A stretch of DNA of 36,873 nucleotides from Thermovirgaceae bacterium (lineage in GTDB: Bacteria; Synergistota; Synergistia; Synergistales; Thermovirgaceae), in contig JBKHBH010000010.1 in assembly GCA_046542505.1 (NCBI GenBank), positions 1 to 36,873 of the forward strand, read 5' to 3'. The translations under genes and the position numbers were made by a program. Below are positions 16,998 to 26,204 of this stretch, in pieces. Below the pieces are notes generated by a model that saw only the letters and a list, made by a program, of their open reading frames with translations, did not search any database and was not told the DNA's origin. Every line of letters begins with the position of its first letter. The stretch's first letter is position 1.

Positions 16998-17675
16998 ATT
17001 CAGCCGTCTGCGGAAAAAATTTACGGCAGTCTCCTGGACCAGATCATCTCGGGCCGGTTGGAAGCAGGGCAAAGACTACCGACTACGACCCTTGCCGCAA
17101 GGTTTGGGACAAGCCGGATGCCCGTTCGACAGGCTCTCCAGCGGTTGGCGGACGAGGGTATCGTGGTCCAGAGTCCCGGGTACGGAGCCAGCCTCGTGTC
17201 GCCCACTCCAAAAGAAATCCGGGATGTGTATGCCGTCAGGGTTCTTCTTGAAAGGGCCGCTCTTGATCTGGCCTTCGGGAACCTCGATGGCGTCCGGCTT
17301 GCACGGCTGGAAGAATCGGTGTCCCGTCAGGCACAGGCGCGGGAAGTATCTTTCAGGGAGTACCTCAGGTGGGATCTTGCGTTTCACCGGACCATCGCTG
17401 ACGCGGCGGACAACGATTTTTTGAAAAGAGAAATAGAAAACGCTCTCTCGGCGTCGAATGTCTATAGAATCCTGTTCGAGAACAAGAGCGGGAAGTACAG
17501 GTCTCCCGCTCCGGAAGAAGAGCACCGCGAAATTTTTCTGTCCATCTGCAACGGGGAGAAGAGGACGGCGAAGGATCTTTTCCAAAGACATATTCTCAGG
17601 GGGATAGAGGATCTGGTAATGGAGGAACCGCCGGGCGGAAGAGGTGAAATGGATGCGAAAGTCAACAACCATTGA
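16998..17675 (+). CDS. GntR-family regulator (FCD); probable ATT start
   Basis: In-frame helix 1 IQPSAEKIYGSLLDQIISGRLEAGQRL lies upstream of the track start (17058). Also GTSRMPVRQAL, DLAFH, EEHREI; GGAGG 7 nt before ATT. Confidence 0.88.
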   Translation: MQPSAEKIYGSLLDQIISGRLEAGQRLPTTTLAARFGTSRMPVRQALQRLADEGIVVQSPGYGASLVSPTPKEIRDVYAVRVLLERAALDLAFGNLDGVRLARLEESVSRQAQAREVSFREYLRWDLAFHRTIADAADNDFLKREIENALSASNVYRILFENKSGKYRSPAPEEEHREIFLSICNGEKRTAKDLFQRHILRGIEDLVMEEPPGGRGEMDAKVNNH

Positions 17676-17913
17676 AAAGCGGGGTTTGAGAAAGGAAGAC
17701 ATAGCGGACTGGTTTTTGGCGCGTAATGGGGGCAAAAAAGGGACACATGGAGTTGAAGGACCGGGCTGGCAGGTGGAGTTTGTCGAGGAAAGGCTACAAA
17801 TGCTCGGCCCGATGCATTTTTCCGTTGTAGTTCTCAGGATAGAGGCGGAGCAGGAACTGTTCAACGATTTGCTTCACCGGTTCAGGGTGCATTTTCTTCG
17901 CGGAGGAGCCTGA
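17653..17913 (+). CDS. Small DUF1952-like protein ending in RGGA
   Basis: RBS GAGGTG 17641-17646; pattern GPGWQV...G......V.....E.E......F...FLRGG. Confidence 0.6.
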   Translation: MRKSTTIEKRGLRKEDIADWFLARNGGKKGTHGVEGPGWQVEFVEERLQMLGPMHFSVVVLRIEAEQELFNDLLHRFRVHFLRGGA

Positions 17914-18127
17914 CAACGGCTCCCAATTCACCAGTTCCCGCAAACTGCAGTCTGCCGGGAAAATTTCCCTGATTTTTCGAAACAGGCGGGAAGTCCGGGT
18001 CTGTCTGTAGCAGGTGTGAATCTTCTTTTCGTCAAATACCACTCGACGCTGTAAAATATATACAGAAAGCTGGCCGGTTTTGCCGGATTCCGGCTGCGGC
18101 CGAATCAGCCTGTCCTGGAGGTGCCCT

Positions 18128-18697
18128 ATGTTCGATGGAGAAGGGAAAGATCCGGTTCTTGCGGAACTGCTGGATGCAAAAAGACTAGTAAGCGCCGCGG
18201 ACATTTACGAGAGAAAAACGGGGATTCCAGATAAAAGGGGTGTATATGCCTGGTTTTTCGAGCCCCACAAGCTAGGGATCCGAAGCGGCCATTACGAACA
18301 CCTTCTGGACGGCAAGGCGCTTTTGTACCTTGGAGTGGTTCCCAGCACGTGGTACAGCAAGCGGACCCTTCCACGGAGAATACGAACCCACATCAGGGGG
18401 ACGGCACGCCAGTCCACCCTCCGTTACAGTCTTGGTGCCTGCCTCATTGAGGAACTGGGCCTCAGGGTTCGATATCTCCCCGGTTTCAAGCTTAATTTCG
18501 GTGATTCCGAAAACAGGCTGACGGAATGGATTTGTGAGAACGGATATGTCACCTGGTCCGGCCATGAGGAGCCCTGGAAGGTGGAAAAAGACTTTGTCAG
18601 CCTCCTCAAGCCGGCCCTGAATCTCAGGTACAACGAGAACCACCCGTTTCACGCCATTTTGACGAGAAGGCGGAAAAAACTGCGGCAAGGCGAATAA
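18128..18697 (+). CDS. GIY-YIG nuclease family protein
   Basis: GVYAW...LYLG, conserved Arg in RRIRTH, STLRYSLG, Glu in VEKDF, Asn in PALN; RBS GGAGGTG. Confidence 0.78.
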   Translation: MFDGEGKDPVLAELLDAKRLVSAADIYERKTGIPDKRGVYAWFFEPHKLGIRSGHYEHLLDGKALLYLGVVPSTWYSKRTLPRRIRTHIRGTARQSTLRYSLGACLIEELGLRVRYLPGFKLNFGDSENRLTEWICENGYVTWSGHEEPWKVEKDFVSLLKPALNLRYNENHPFHAILTRRRKKLRQGE

Positions 18698-19003
18698 GAT
18701 TCGTAGGGTCGATGAAGCCTTTTGAACGTATTTTTGCTCCTGATGTCAAAAAACTGTCTTGCCTTTTTTAGTTCCTTCAGGCCTTCGCAGGCCGGTCGGG
18801 TTTTTCCCGTATATATCCTGAACCTTTTTCAGGCGTGAGGCCTTTCCCCCCTCGTGTGTCATTTGTGACAAAAAGGCGAATCATCCTTTGCAGGAATGCT
18901 TTATCCGCCTGCACTTTTTTGCTGTTTCCCCCCTTCCTGATTGTAAAACTCCGACTATTTAAAAACCCATGATTTTTTCACAAGGTGAAGGGAGCGTTCG
19001 GTT

Positions 19004-19032
19004 TTGTAGAAAAATTGTCCATCCCATACAAT
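19004..19032 (+). promoter_or_regulatory. Putative sigma70 promoter for the transketolase operon
   Basis: TTGTAG-N17-TACAAT. Confidence 0.55.
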
Positions 19033-19156
19033 AAAAAAGCTATAACTGCACAGCCTTTGCATCGGCCGCACGGGTTATGTTGCCGGTTTGAAACCGGCCG
19101 ATGCCTGAGATTCAGGACTTGGAATCAATCCGAATCAACAACAAGGAGGTTCAGCC

Positions 19157-19990
19157 ATGGATGAAAGCAGGCGACAGAGACTGGAAACGGTCGCCGGAAC
19201 GATCCGTCGGCACATCATCAGTATGGTTTCGGCTGCGGGCTCGGGTCACCCGGGAGGATCTCTTTCGGCGGTGGAGGTCCTCACGGCCCTGTATTTTGAC
19301 GTCATGCATCATGATCCCGGAAACCCAGCCTGGGAAGAACGCGACCGGTTTGTCCTCTCCAAGGGGCACGCGTGCCCGGTGGTGTATGCGGCCCTCGCCG
19401 AAGCAGGATATTTCCCGGTGGAGGAGCTTCAGACTCTCAGGGCTTTCGGTTCTAGGCTGCAGGGACATCCCGACCGGAAAAAGCTCCCGGGGCTTGAGGC
19501 TTCTACAGGCAGCCTCGGTCAGGGGCTTTCCATCGCCTCCGGCATGGCCCTGGGTTTCAAGATGGACGGAAAGCCCAACCGCGTCTATTGCCTCATGGGA
19601 GACGGTGAGCTTGACGAGGGGCAGATCTGGGAAGCGGCCATGACGGCGGCTCATTACAAGCTGGATAACCTGTGCGGCATTATCGACAAGAACGGCCTTC
19701 AGATCGACGGGTGGACCTGTGACGTGAAATCCCTCGAGCCCCTGGCGGACAAATGGCGTGCTTTCGGGTGGAACGTTCTTGAGGTGGACGGGCATAACAT
19801 CGAAGACCTCCTTTGTGCTTTCGGAAGGTTTCGTCACAGCCATTTCATGCCCACCGTCATCATTGCTCACACGGTGAAGGGCAAGGGAGTGAGAGCCATG
19901 GAAAACGAAGCGGGATGGCATGGAAAGGCGCCTGACAGGGATCTGGCCTCCAGGATCCTCGAGGAGCTTGAAGGGGGTGGTGCAAGATGA
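19157..19990 (+). CDS. tkt: Transketolase, N-terminal (TPP-binding) subunit
   Basis: SGHPGGSLS, DRFVLSKGH, LQGHP, STGSLGQG, GDGELDEG; RBS AAGGAGG. Confidence 0.95.
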   Translation: MDESRRQRLETVAGTIRRHIISMVSAAGSGHPGGSLSAVEVLTALYFDVMHHDPGNPAWEERDRFVLSKGHACPVVYAALAEAGYFPVEELQTLRAFGSRLQGHPDRKKLPGLEASTGSLGQGLSIASGMALGFKMDGKPNRVYCLMGDGELDEGQIWEAAMTAAHYKLDNLCGIIDKNGLQIDGWTCDVKSLEPLADKWRAFGWNVLEVDGHNIEDLLCAFGRFRHSHFMPTVIIAHTVKGKGVRAMENEAGWHGKAPDRDLASRILEELEGGGAR

Positions 19991-20967
19991 CCGGCATGCC
20001 GCTTGCCGAAAACCTGTGGTCCGATGTAAGGAAGATTCCCACCCGTTTTGGCTACGGCGACGGACTGGTCGAACTGGGAAAGGAAAACCCCCAAGTTGTG
20101 GTGCTTGGGGCTGACCTCTCTTCGTCGCTGAAGGTTGACCGTTTCATGGACAGCTTCCCCGACCGATTCATTCAGACCGGGATCGCCGAGCAGGACATGA
20201 CAAACCTCGCGGCTGGCCTCTCTCTGGTCGGAAAGATCCCCTTCGTGAGCACATACGGGGTTTTTTGCACCGGACGCGCCTGGGATCAGCTCAGGACCAC
20301 GGTGGCCTACGGAGGCCTGAACGTGAAGATCGGTTCCGGTCATGGAGGCATATCCGTAGGCCCTGACGGAGCAACCCACCAGGCTCTTGAAGATATCGCC
20401 ATCACCCGGACGATTCCAGGCATGACCGTTATCGCTCCCTGCGACTATCATGAGACCGTCAAGGCCGTCAAGGCCGCTGCAGCCATTGAAGGCCCCGTGG
20501 TGATCCGGTTCGGGCGCGAAAAAGTTCCTGTGGTTACCACCCCGGAAACGCCTTTTGAGGTCGGAAAGGCGGAAATCTTCCGGGAAGGTTCGGATGTTGC
20601 CATTCTTGCCTGCGGCGTCATGGTGTACGAAGCCCTCAAGGCTGCAAGGATCCTCGAGGAAGAAGGTGTTTCCGCCAGGGTCATCAATTGCCATTCCGTC
20701 AAGCCCATGGACATCAGGACCGTGGTCGATTCGGCCCTGGAAACGGGTGCCGTCGTGACCGCGGAAGAACACCAGGTCATGGGGGGATTCGGCAGTGCCG
20801 TCGCTGAGGTCCTGTGCCGGCATGCGCCGGTTCCTCTCCGCATGGTTGGTATTCAGGACGTCTTTGGACAGTCAGGATCTCCTGAAGAGCTGATGGAGAC
20901 CTATGGCCTCACGGCCGAAGCCGTCGCGGAAGCGGTGCGGGATGTCCTTGAGGCGAAAGGGAGGTAA
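19987..20967 (+). CDS. tkt: Transketolase, C-terminal subunit
   Basis: ADLSSS, GIAEQDM, GPDGATHQALED, TAEEH; ATGA overlap. Confidence 0.95.
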   Translation: MTGMPLAENLWSDVRKIPTRFGYGDGLVELGKENPQVVVLGADLSSSLKVDRFMDSFPDRFIQTGIAEQDMTNLAAGLSLVGKIPFVSTYGVFCTGRAWDQLRTTVAYGGLNVKIGSGHGGISVGPDGATHQALEDIAITRTIPGMTVIAPCDYHETVKAVKAAAAIEGPVVIRFGREKVPVVTTPETPFEVGKAEIFREGSDVAILACGVMVYEALKAARILEEEGVSARVINCHSVKPMDIRTVVDSALETGAVVTAEEHQVMGGFGSAVAEVLCRHAPVPLRMVGIQDVFGQSGSPEELMETYGLTAEAVAEAVRDVLEAKGR

Positions 20968-20972
20968 TACAC

Positions 20973-22172
20973 GTGATATCTCCTCTTGCAAAACGAATGA
21001 ATCTGCTTGGAACGGAAACGGCTTTCGCCGTTGGAGCGGAAGCGGCTGATCTTGCGGCAAGGGGTGTCAAGGTTTACCCTTTCCATTTGGGTGACCTGGA
21101 CATGCTCACGCCGAAACATATCCGGGAAGCGGCAAGCCTGGCCATGAACGAGGGCAAAACGGGATACTGCCCCAATGCGGGGATCGCACCATTACGTGAA
21201 GCACTCGCGAAGGACGTGGGCGGCGCCAGGGATCTCTCTCTGGACGCCGGGAATGTCAGCGTTCAGCCGGGAGGCAAGCCGGTGATAGGGAAGTTCATCA
21301 TGGCTTTCATGAATGCCGGTGAAGAAGTGCTTTATCCCAACCCGGGATTTCCGATTTACGAGTCGATGATACGTTTCCATGGAGGAAAACCGAAACCCTA
21401 TGGTTTTATCGAGACGGGAAACGGGTTTGCCCTGGATTTTGGCTCTATCGAAGGACAGATCTCGCCGGAAACGAAACTCATTATTTACAACAACTACCAT
21501 AATCCCACCAGTGCGGCTTCAGACGATGCGGAGATGAAGCGGCTCGCCCAGTTGTGTGTCAAACATGATTTGATCGTTCTGAGCGATGAATCCTACTTTG
21601 ATATCCTTTTTGAGGGGCAGGCCAAAAGCATAGTTTCCCTCCCCGGGATGTTCGAACGGACGGTGATTCTTTACACCTTCTCGAAGAAATTCGCTATGAC
21701 TGGATGGCGCCTTGGCGCCGCTGTCGGGCCCGAGGAACTGGTAGGGGCGATTTCTCGCTTTAATGTGAACGACGAGTCCTGTACGGCCCAGTTTATCCAG
21801 TGGGCCGGTGTTGCGGCACTGAAAGGCCCTCTTGACGAGTACAAGGAAATGATGTCCACTCTTCGGGAACGCCGCGACGTGGCCGTGGAGATTCTCGACT
21901 CAATGAAGGGTGTCCGCGTAGCAAAGCCTCAAAGTACATTTTATCTTTTCCCGAACGTGACGGAGGCCATGGAACGTTTAGAAACGAAAACAGTGGAGGA
22001 GTTCCGGAAAAAAGTCCTAGATGAAACCGGTGTTTCCTTCACCACCAGAAACCATTTCGGGTCCCCCCTGGGAGGAGAGACACAGTCATACATCAGGCTC
22101 GCCTATTCGGGAATCGGTGTGAAAGACATCAGGGAAGGACTTGGCCGGATGAAGGAACTCCTTGACCGCTAA
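20973..22172 (+). CDS. Class I/II PLP-dependent aminotransferase (aspartate aminotransferase-like)
   Basis: GTETAF, PNPGFPIY, NYHNPT, LSDESY, FSKKFAMTGWRLG, IRLAY. Confidence 0.92.
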   Translation: MISPLAKRMNLLGTETAFAVGAEAADLAARGVKVYPFHLGDLDMLTPKHIREAASLAMNEGKTGYCPNAGIAPLREALAKDVGGARDLSLDAGNVSVQPGGKPVIGKFIMAFMNAGEEVLYPNPGFPIYESMIRFHGGKPKPYGFIETGNGFALDFGSIEGQISPETKLIIYNNYHNPTSAASDDAEMKRLAQLCVKHDLIVLSDESYFDILFEGQAKSIVSLPGMFERTVILYTFSKKFAMTGWRLGAAVGPEELVGAISRFNVNDESCTAQFIQWAGVAALKGPLDEYKEMMSTLRERRDVAVEILDSMKGVRVAKPQSTFYLFPNVTEAMERLETKTVEEFRKKVLDETGVSFTTRNHFGSPLGGETQSYIRLAYSGIGVKDIREGLGRMKELLDR

Positions 22173-22209
22173 AGCTGTAGTGAACGAGGGGCGAAGGATC
22201 AGGACAAAA

Positions 22210-22241
22210 ACAGGAGCCTGCCGGGAAAAGCCGGCTCCTGT
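22210..22241. terminator. Possible terminator hairpin after the aminotransferase
   Basis: ACAGGAGCC / GGCTCCTGT 9-bp stem with a large loop; no plus-strand U-tract. Confidence 0.35.
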
Positions 22242-22368
22242 GCCCTGCGGCTGCTGACAATATGCCGGTTTGAATATTCGGAAAAATCCTGGATAATAAA
22301 CATGTGCAAGCAATAATCACTACAATACTCGAAAGCAGGAAACCAGCGCTTTCGAAAAGAGAAAAACC

Positions 22369-25300
22369 ATGGTGTTTCCCAATGTTGAAGTTGGTCTGCA
22401 TCTGAGGAAAAAACTTGTGTCTCTCGCAGTAGCCGTCACTTTTCTGGGTATCGGCCTTTTCTTATGGTCCTCGTGCCGGGTGAAAGAAAACGTGCTGGCG
22501 GACCTGATCAGGACGGCGGAAGAAGTCGCAGGAGCCTTTTCAGTCAGACAGATCAGGGAATTGGGAAAAGCGGAACAGACCGGGCCTCGGTGGAAGCTTT
22601 TCGTGCGCCAGCAACGGTATCTCGAGAACACGCTGAAGGTTTTCCCCGAAGTTTCGGAGATTCGTGTCTATCTTCCTTCCAGTGGGGGGCCAGTCCTTGT
22701 TTCGGGAGAAGAAAAAACGGCAAGTCCCCATGAAACGCCTGATACGGTGAAAACTGTTTTCAAAACAGGCAGGGCTGGGCTGTCGGGAACTCTCGGGATT
22801 ACGGGTTCCGTAAGCCCTTTCCATGTGTTTGTCCCCCGGGGAGATTCCCATATCGGGAAAACGGCGGCCGTAGTCGAGGTGGAATTCCGGCAAAAGCCGC
22901 TGATACGTTACCTGGGGGAGTCTTTTTTTGCTCACGGCCTTGTTACAGTGGTCTTTCTGCTCGTACTCTTCTTCGGCGCCGGGGGGATGTCCAGGCTTTG
23001 TGACACGTCACAGGCAACATCAATGACGTGGTTCTGCCGCAACGTTGAGGCCCTTGCCGTACTGGCTGCCGGGGTGTGCTTCACGGTCTTCGCGGCGTAC
23101 CATATTTATCAAACGGAAACGACCGCCCGTGAAAGAGCTTTTGAAAGGCTTGCGCGGGCTGAAAACAGCAAGCTGCTCAGCACAATGAGAAATATCGAAA
23201 ACTATCATATGGAGGCGCTGGGGCGTTTTTTCGAAAGCAGCGTCCAGGTGGACATCGCCGAATTCAGGGAATTTTCGGGTTTTATGATGGAAGAACCTTC
23301 GCTGTGGGGATGGGGCTGGGCTCCTTCTTTAAGAAAAGGGCAAGAAAAAGCCTTTGAAATACGGGCCGCGGTGTTGGGGGTAAAAGATTTCAGAATCAGG
23401 GAACACGGCTCCCCGGATGTTCCTCTTCCTTCCGGCTCCGACAGCCGGCTTTACCCGCTGCTTTTTGCAGGTCCTGCCGGGAAAGGGCTTCCTGCCATCG
23501 GGCTTGATTTTGGTTCCGTTCCGGATTTTCAAAAGGCCATCACGACCGCTGTCGAGTCTGGATTCAGTACGGCAACGGCACCATTGCGATTTTCCGTCGG
23601 AAAGAATGCCTTTTCGGGAATTCTTGTCTTTCGGCCCGTCTATTTCGGTGGAGGTTCTCTGCGTGGTCTTGTGATCGGCTTTCTGGATGAAGGAATCCTG
23701 CTATCAAGCGGAGCCGGCGCCGGCAAGGAAGCTGCATTTCCCCGAAGCCTGCGGTTTTTTCAGGTGGACCCTGGCGGGAATGCCCTTCTCGTTGGAAGCA
23801 GAGGAAGCCTGAACACCTCTGGCAACGGGAGCGGCATTACTGAAGATCCCAGGGTCATTTCCCTTCTTCATGCATTCGGAAAGACCTATGTGCTGGAAAC
23901 CTTTCCGGATTCGGCCTTCGCCGGACTTTACCCTCTCAGGGGGTGGATTCTGGCGGTTTTTGGAGGCCTTTTCCTTTCGGGCCTGCTTGCCACATTGACG
24001 GGTTCGCAGATGTGGAAGCGCCGCAACCTTGCCCTGCAGGTCGAAGAAAAAACAAAAGCATTGGGGGAAAGTGAGGAACGATACAAGAGCATATTCGAAA
24101 ACTCCCACGCCGCCATGCTCGTCATCGATCCCGACGACGGGAGCATTATCGACGCAAATCCTGCATCGGAAACTTTCTATGGCTGGACGTGCAGTGAACT
24201 GCAGACCATGAAGATCAGTGAAATCAACACCCTCCCCCCGAAAGAAGTCCTGGCGGAAATGAGAAGGGCCAGGGAAGAACAACGCACCTTCTTTTCCTTC
24301 AAGCATCGACGGTCCGATGGATCGGTCGTCGACGTAGATGTCTACACCGGCCCCGTTTTAATGGAGGGGAAAACGCTCTTGTTTTCCATTATTCATGATG
24401 TGACAGCGAGGCACAGGGCCGAGGATGCCCTGCGGGAAAGCGAACAGCGGCAGAATGCCTTCATCAATACTCACGAGGACATGATGTTTGTCAAGGATGA
24501 CCAGTTTCGGTATGTCATCGTGAACGAAGCAACGGCAAGGTTTTTCGGTAGATCGAAAGAGGAGATTCTTGACAGGTCGGATTTCGGGTTGATGGCGGAA
24601 GAAGCAGCCGCGCTTTGTTATGAATCGGATCTCAGAGCGTTGCAGTCGGGAAAAACCGTTGTCGTTGAAGAGCCTGTAGGGGAAAGGGTTTACGAGACAA
24701 CGAAATTTCCCGTTCCCCTGAAGGGAGGCAAAACCGGCCTGGGAGGGATCATCCGGGATGTGACGGAAAGGCGTTATTTCGAAAACCAGTTGCGGCATTT
24801 CGCGACCCACGATGAGCTGACCGGGGTTGCCAACAGGACTCTCCTGCGCGATCGCATTCATCAGGCCGTCCTTTTTGCCCAAAGGGCCCAAAGACATGTG
24901 GCTGTCCTGCTGATCGACCTGGATCGCTTCAAGATTCTCAACGACAGCCTTGGGCACAGTTTCGGTGACGAACTGTTGCGCGCCGTGGCGAGGCGCCTGG
25001 AAACAATTGTGAGAGAAGGAGACACCGTTGCACGACTCGGCGGTGACGAGTTTGTCATCCTTCTTGCCCATATCGCTCGGGAAGAGGACGTTCACACGAT
25101 TGTGTCCAAGATACTCGAAGAGACATCGAGACCCTACGTGATCAATAGACGTGCCGTGACAGTTACCGCAAGCATCGGTTTCAGCCTTTCCCCCCGCGAC
25201 GGAAGCGATTCCGAGACGCTGATCAGGCTTGCCGACGTCGCCATGTACGAGGCAAAAAGGAAGGGCAGGAACGTGGTGCAGCAATATATGGAAGGGATGG

Positions 25301-26100
25301 ACAGGAGCGTGATGGAGACCCATGAAACGGAAGCGGATCTTCGGGGTGCTATCGACCGGGGAGAGTTGTTTCTCGAATTCCAGCCTGTCGCGGAGGTGGA
25401 TTCCGGACGCGTCCAGGGAGTCGAATCACTGATCAGGTGGAGGCATCCGAAATACGGTGTCGTTCCTCCGGCGCACTTTATTCCCCTGGCGGAGGAGACG
25501 AGGCTGATCGTTCCGATCGGGGAGTGGGTTCTCAGGCAGGCCTGTGGTTCCATAAAGAGACTGGAGCAGTCCGGTTTTTCGAAGGTTCCCGTCTCGGTGA
25601 ATCTTTCGGCCGTCCAGTTCCGGTCGGAAAGCATTGTTGAAACAGTGAAGAGCTGTCTCAGTGAACATTCCATCGAACCGCAACTCGTCATTCTGGAACT
25701 CACGGAAAGTCATTTTGTGCATGACCCTCGGGGGGCTGCGGAAACCATGCAGAGACTTTCAAAGCTGGGAGTCAGGTTGGCCCTTGATGATTTCGGCACA
25801 GGATATTCCAGCCTCAATTATCTTCGGCGTTTCCCGGTAAATGCCCTGAAAATTGACAGGTCCTTCGTGCACGATGCCATTGTCGATCCCAGTGCGGCGG
25901 CCATTGTGAGCAGCATTGTTGCCATAGCCCATAGCCTGGGGCTGAAAACCATCGCCGAAGGTGTGGAAACAGAAGAACAGCTTGCCTTTGTGAAAGGCTG
26001 GGGATGCGACGCCTACCAGGGATACCTTTACAGTAAACCTCTCATGTTTGAGGACCTCAAAGAATTTCTGCGAAAAAAAGGGACCGGATTTTCCATATAA
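22369..26100 (+). CDS. Membrane c-di-GMP cyclase/phosphodiesterase (sensor-CHASE-PAS-PAS-GGDEF-EAL)
   Basis: TM segments; CHASE-like EFREF...WAP...AIGLD; two PAS folds; HDELTG, RLGGDEF with I-site REGD; ESL, DDFGTGYSS, KIDRSF, AEGVE. Confidence 0.92.
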   Translation: MVFPNVEVGLHLRKKLVSLAVAVTFLGIGLFLWSSCRVKENVLADLIRTAEEVAGAFSVRQIRELGKAEQTGPRWKLFVRQQRYLENTLKVFPEVSEIRVYLPSSGGPVLVSGEEKTASPHETPDTVKTVFKTGRAGLSGTLGITGSVSPFHVFVPRGDSHIGKTAAVVEVEFRQKPLIRYLGESFFAHGLVTVVFLLVLFFGAGGMSRLCDTSQATSMTWFCRNVEALAVLAAGVCFTVFAAYHIYQTETTARERAFERLARAENSKLLSTMRNIENYHMEALGRFFESSVQVDIAEFREFSGFMMEEPSLWGWGWAPSLRKGQEKAFEIRAAVLGVKDFRIREHGSPDVPLPSGSDSRLYPLLFAGPAGKGLPAIGLDFGSVPDFQKAITTAVESGFSTATAPLRFSVGKNAFSGILVFRPVYFGGGSLRGLVIGFLDEGILLSSGAGAGKEAAFPRSLRFFQVDPGGNALLVGSRGSLNTSGNGSGITEDPRVISLLHAFGKTYVLETFPDSAFAGLYPLRGWILAVFGGLFLSGLLATLTGSQMWKRRNLALQVEEKTKALGESEERYKSIFENSHAAMLVIDPDDGSIIDANPASETFYGWTCSELQTMKISEINTLPPKEVLAEMRRAREEQRTFFSFKHRRSDGSVVDVDVYTGPVLMEGKTLLFSIIHDVTARHRAEDALRESEQRQNAFINTHEDMMFVKDDQFRYVIVNEATARFFGRSKEEILDRSDFGLMAEEAAALCYESDLRALQSGKTVVVEEPVGERVYETTKFPVPLKGGKTGLGGIIRDVTERRYFENQLRHFATHDELTGVANRTLLRDRIHQAVLFAQRAQRHVAVLLIDLDRFKILNDSLGHSFGDELLRAVARRLETIVREGDTVARLGGDEFVILLAHIAREEDVHTIVSKILEETSRPYVINRRAVTVTASIGFSLSPRDGSDSETLIRLADVAMYEAKRKGRNVVQQYMEGMDRSVMETHETEADLRGAIDRGELFLEFQPVAEVDSGRVQGVESLIRWRHPKYGVVPPAHFIPLAEETRLIVPIGEWVLRQACGSIKRLEQSGFSKVPVSVNLSAVQFRSESIVETVKSCLSEHSIEPQLVILELTESHFVHDPRGAAETMQRLSKLGVRLALDDFGTGYSSLNYLRRFPVNALKIDRSFVHDAIVDPSAAAIVSSIVAIAHSLGLKTIAEGVETEEQLAFVKGWGCDAYQGYLYSKPLMFEDLKEFLRKKGTGFSI

Positions 26101-26129
26101 TCCGGATGCCGCCACCCGGGTGGATCATC

Positions 26130-26159
26130 TTGCGGAATATCTACATAAAGGTATATAAT
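26130..26159 (+). promoter_or_regulatory. Putative promoter for the Y-family polymerase
   Basis: TTGCGG-N18-TATAAT. Confidence 0.5.
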
Positions 26160-26204
26160 GTCTAAAAAAGATAACTGTGTGTAGGTGTTTCGGGAGGGTG
26201 TTTC

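Noticed and set aside
16837..17424. 195-aa plus-strand ORF overlapping the operator and gntR
   Set aside because: It is out of frame with the real GntR, has no motifs and crosses regulatory DNA.
18966..18983. Rex operator upstream of transketolase
   Set aside because: Only the right half-site TTCACAA is present; the left half does not match TTGTGAA.
22173..22368. c-di-GMP riboswitch ahead of the GGDEF-EAL gene
   Set aside because: A GAAA-type loop is present, but the GGCAAAC...GACGCAAAGC core and the second stem are missing.
26112..26123. Palindrome CCACCCGGGTGG as an SOS-like operator
   Set aside because: It is GC-rich, lies upstream of the -35, and more likely belongs to a weak hairpin ending the GGDEF-EAL transcript.
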